A stretch of 26,655 nt of DNA from Alphaproteobacteria bacterium (GTDB lineage Bacteria > Pseudomonadota > Alphaproteobacteria > Micavibrionales > UBA2020), in contig JBBQWK010000001.1 in the NCBI GenBank assembly GCA_038210695.1, positions 1-26,655 on the forward strand, read 5' to 3'. Positions 24,369 through 26,655 of the stretch are shown here, piece by piece. Position numbers and translations under genes: made by a program. The first letter of the stretch is position 1. The number at the start of each line of letters is the position of its first letter. The notes beneath the pieces are model-generated. The model made no database searches. It saw only the letters and a program-made list of their open reading frames with translations, and had not been told where the DNA came from.

Positions 24369-25793
24369 ATGACCGAGGCAGACAACAACAGCCCCATCCT
24401 CGAGGAAAGCGTGCTGCCGCAGCAGCAGGCCGCGCCCGATGACGAGCATGAAGTTGGCCTGTCGGATGATTTCATCGCCGAAATTCTTGAACTGCTCGAC
24501 CAGCATTATACCGACCGCATTCAGGAGCTGTGCCGTGACCTGTCGGCGCCGGACGCTGCCGAACTCATCGTCAAGGTCGATGCGAGCCACCGCCAGCAGC
24601 TGGTCGAAATTCTCGAAGATATTCTGCTGCCGGAAACATTTTCCTACTTCGACCACCAGCTGCTGAACGAGCTGCTGGAAAATATGTCGGGGCCCTACAT
24701 TGCCTCGATCGTTAACGGCCTTGAATCGGACGATGCCATCCGCCTGATTGACGATTTGAACGAGGAACGCCGGTCCGAAATCATGCGTCATTTGTCGCGC
24801 AAAGTGCGCGCGGCGGTGGAAGAAGGCCTGACGTTCGACGAGGATTCCGCCGGCCGCCTGATGCAGCGCGAATTCGTCGCCATTCCGCAGTTCTGGACGG
24901 TGGGCAAGACGGTGGATTTTTTGCGTGCGGCATCGGACGCCATGCCGCAAAAATTCTACGATATTTTTATCGTCGATCCGCTGCATGGTTTCGTTGGCTC
25001 CGTCTCCCTCTCCCGCCTGCTCTGCGCCCAGCGCGGCGTGAAGGTGGATACGCTGGTGAACGAAGAACATGTGACCATCCCTGTGTCGATGGACAGGGAA
25101 CAAGTCGCCTTCCAGTTCCGCCGCAAGGATTTGCTTTCCGCCCCCGTGGTGGATGCGAATGACCGGCTGATTGGTATGATTACCGTGGACGACGTCGTCG
25201 ACGTCATCGATGAAGAGGCGGAAGAAGATATCCTGAAGCTCGGCGGTGTTTCCGATTCAGATATTCACCGCTCCACCTTCCTTACCGCCAAGGCGCGGTC
25301 GGGCTGGCTGGTGGTCAACCTGTTCACGGCCTTTGCGGATACTTACGTCATCAGCCTTTTTGCAGGCTCGATTGAAAAAATTGTCGCGCTTGCGGCGCTG
25401 ATGCCCATCGTTGCGTCCATGGGCGGCAACGCTGGCACGCAGACGCTGACTGTTATCATCCGCGCCCTCGCGACCAAGGAAATTTCCGCCGCCAACGTCA
25501 TGCGCGTGATTTTGAAGGAATGCATCGTCGGCTTTATCAACGGGGTTATTTTTGCGGCCATCATGTCGTGCATCGTGTTCTTCTTCTACCGCGACATTCA
25601 CCTGAGCATGGTCATGGGCGCAGCCTTGATCATGAACCTTTTCGCCGCCGGCATGGCGGGCGCGCTGGTGCCGCTGACGCTGAACAAGCTGGGATTCGAC
25701 CCCGCACCGTCATCCGCCATTTTCGTGACCACAGTGACGGACGTTGTGGGCTTTATGGCCTTCCTCGGCCTCGCAACAATATTTCTTATCTAA
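24369..25793 (+). CDS. mgtE: Magnesium transporter MgtE
   Basis: Acidic N-domain, CBS pair ('SAGRLMQREF', 'GMITVDDVVD') and TM domain 'PIVASMGGNAGTQT...DPAPSSAIFVTTVTDVVG'. Confidence 0.97.
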   Translation: MTEADNNSPILEESVLPQQQAAPDDEHEVGLSDDFIAEILELLDQHYTDRIQELCRDLSAPDAAELIVKVDASHRQQLVEILEDILLPETFSYFDHQLLNELLENMSGPYIASIVNGLESDDAIRLIDDLNEERRSEIMRHLSRKVRAAVEEGLTFDEDSAGRLMQREFVAIPQFWTVGKTVDFLRAASDAMPQKFYDIFIVDPLHGFVGSVSLSRLLCAQRGVKVDTLVNEEHVTIPVSMDREQVAFQFRRKDLLSAPVVDANDRLIGMITVDDVVDVIDEEAEEDILKLGGVSDSDIHRSTFLTAKARSGWLVVNLFTAFADTYVISLFAGSIEKIVALAALMPIVASMGGNAGTQTLTVIIRALATKEISAANVMRVILKECIVGFINGVIFAAIMSCIVFFFYRDIHLSMVMGAALIMNLFAAGMAGALVPLTLNKLGFDPAPSSAIFVTTVTDVVGFMAFLGLATIFLI

Positions 25794-25889
25794 CAAGTTG
25801 AAAATACTGCATTTATGAATCCCTAGTGGACATAATGCTGCGCTGCGGGGTATCCTTTTGCCTTCGCTCCCCGAAGGAATTTTCCCCGC

Positions 25890-26339
25890 ATGCTGCCGGC
25901 CCCGCAAACGCTGAAACAGAAAACCACCGTATTCCGGCCGCCGCTGGATACGGCGCTGCTGTTCGGCACCGCGGAAAACGGCGAAACGCTGATGCTGGCG
26001 AAAATGCTGGATGAATATCCGGAAGCCTTGAACCTGCAGGATGCGCAGGGCCAGACGCTGTTGCACCTTGCCGTTTCCTGGGCGAAGACGGAAATGGTGG
26101 ACCTGCTGCTGGCGCGCGGCGCGGATACTTCTATTCGCGACCCCCAGAACCAGAGCGCCAGCGACCTTGCCGCCCGCCTTGGCTATGAAACCATTGCAGC
26201 CATGATTTCATCGGAAAACGGCCAGCGCGCTGCCGATGCACTGCAGCAAAAACTTCGGCAGGAACGCCTGCTCTGCACCCGCGGCATTCCCTGCGCCATC
26301 AGCGCAAGGCAGGCGCCTGTGCGCTTCAAAAACGCCTAA
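25890..26339 (+). CDS. Ankyrin repeat protein
   Basis: 'QDAQGQTLLHLAVSWAKTEMVDLLLARGAD' and 'RDPQNQSASDLAARLGYETIAAMI' are ankyrin consensus repeats. Basic C-terminal tail. Confidence 0.88.
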   Translation: MLPAPQTLKQKTTVFRPPLDTALLFGTAENGETLMLAKMLDEYPEALNLQDAQGQTLLHLAVSWAKTEMVDLLLARGADTSIRDPQNQSASDLAARLGYETIAAMISSENGQRAADALQQKLRQERLLCTRGIPCAISARQAPVRFKNA

Positions 26340-26416
26340 AAATCCCCCTGTTCCCTTTGCGGCACTATCGGTATTCTAGGGCCAATCCGATTCCCTTAAT
26401 GACCGAGGCTTGACCC

Positions 26417-26655
26417 ATGAAAAGCGCCGCGCAACCGAAAGAGCATGAGATGACAACCGAATCCTATACGCCCAAGGCTCTGGATTATCCCTCGCTGCGC
26501 TTTGACCTTGGCGAGCATGCGGATGCGATACGCGACACGGTGCGCAGCTTTGCGCAGGATAAAATTGCCCCGCGCGCGGCAGACATTGACCGCAAGAATG
26601 AATTCCCGAACGAGCTCTGGCCACAATTCGGCCAGCTGGGTTTGCTGGGCATGAC
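26417..26655 (+). CDS. ivd: Acyl-CoA dehydrogenase, isovaleryl-CoA dehydrogenase-like (3'-truncated; absent from the ORF track)
   Basis: Manual translation from ATG 26417 or 26450 gives ...YPSLRFDLGEHADAIRDTVRSFAQDKIAPRAADIDRKNEFPNELWPQFGQLGLLGM, the typical IVD N-terminus. The frame runs off the window end. Confidence 0.85.
   Translation, partial: MKSAAQPKEHEMTTESYTPKALDYPSLRFDLGEHADAIRDTVRSFAQDKIAPRAADIDRKNEFPNELWPQFGQLGLLGM

Noticed and set aside
26331-26354. Second EcfG-like motif, GGAAC-N15-CGTT, on the minus strand
   Set aside because: The spacer is 15 rather than 16-17 and it points antisense into the ankyrin gene.

Overview
A 26.7 kb chromosomal segment from a moderately GC-rich alphaproteobacterium. 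The lineage call is an inference from sigma-EcfG-, LexA- and CtrA-type motifs, the maeB-mgtE-lipB-tRNA-Leu neighbourhood and the style of the orphan proteins; a Micavibrio-like lineage is possible but not demonstrated. Left part: an M48 peptidase (5'-truncated), two SRPBCC proteins and a signalling cluster. The cluster holds an Hpt protein, a CHASE-PAS hybrid histidine kinase, a single-domain receiver, a pseudo-receiver hybrid kinase and a double-domain KaiC-like ATPase, and it ends at tRNA-Gly(GCC). Middle: a beta-oxidation pair (thiolase plus FadN), TerC, a membrane protein, a nucleotide-sugar dehydrogenase and an orphan HNH-motif protein. Right: lipB, an orphan, tRNA-Leu(GAG), maeB, mgtE, an ankyrin protein and the start of an isovaleryl-CoA-type acyl-CoA dehydrogenase. 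No integrase, transposase, CRISPR array or rRNA was seen. There are four main leads. (1) A KaiB-less KaiC-like ATPase/pseudo-receiver kinase operon sits directly behind a perfect GGAAC-N17-CGTT general-stress (sigma-EcfG) promoter. (2) A solitary toxin-like HNH nuclease has no evident immunity gene. (3) A recurrent L-x-K/N-x-F-N/G-K motif and basic, Pro-rich tails occur on unrelated proteins, including a 64-aa tail grafted onto FadN, which may be a lineage-specific export signal. (4) The hybrid kinase and the Hpt ORF are one base away from being a single protein. All calls come from reading motifs by eye; no database searches were run.
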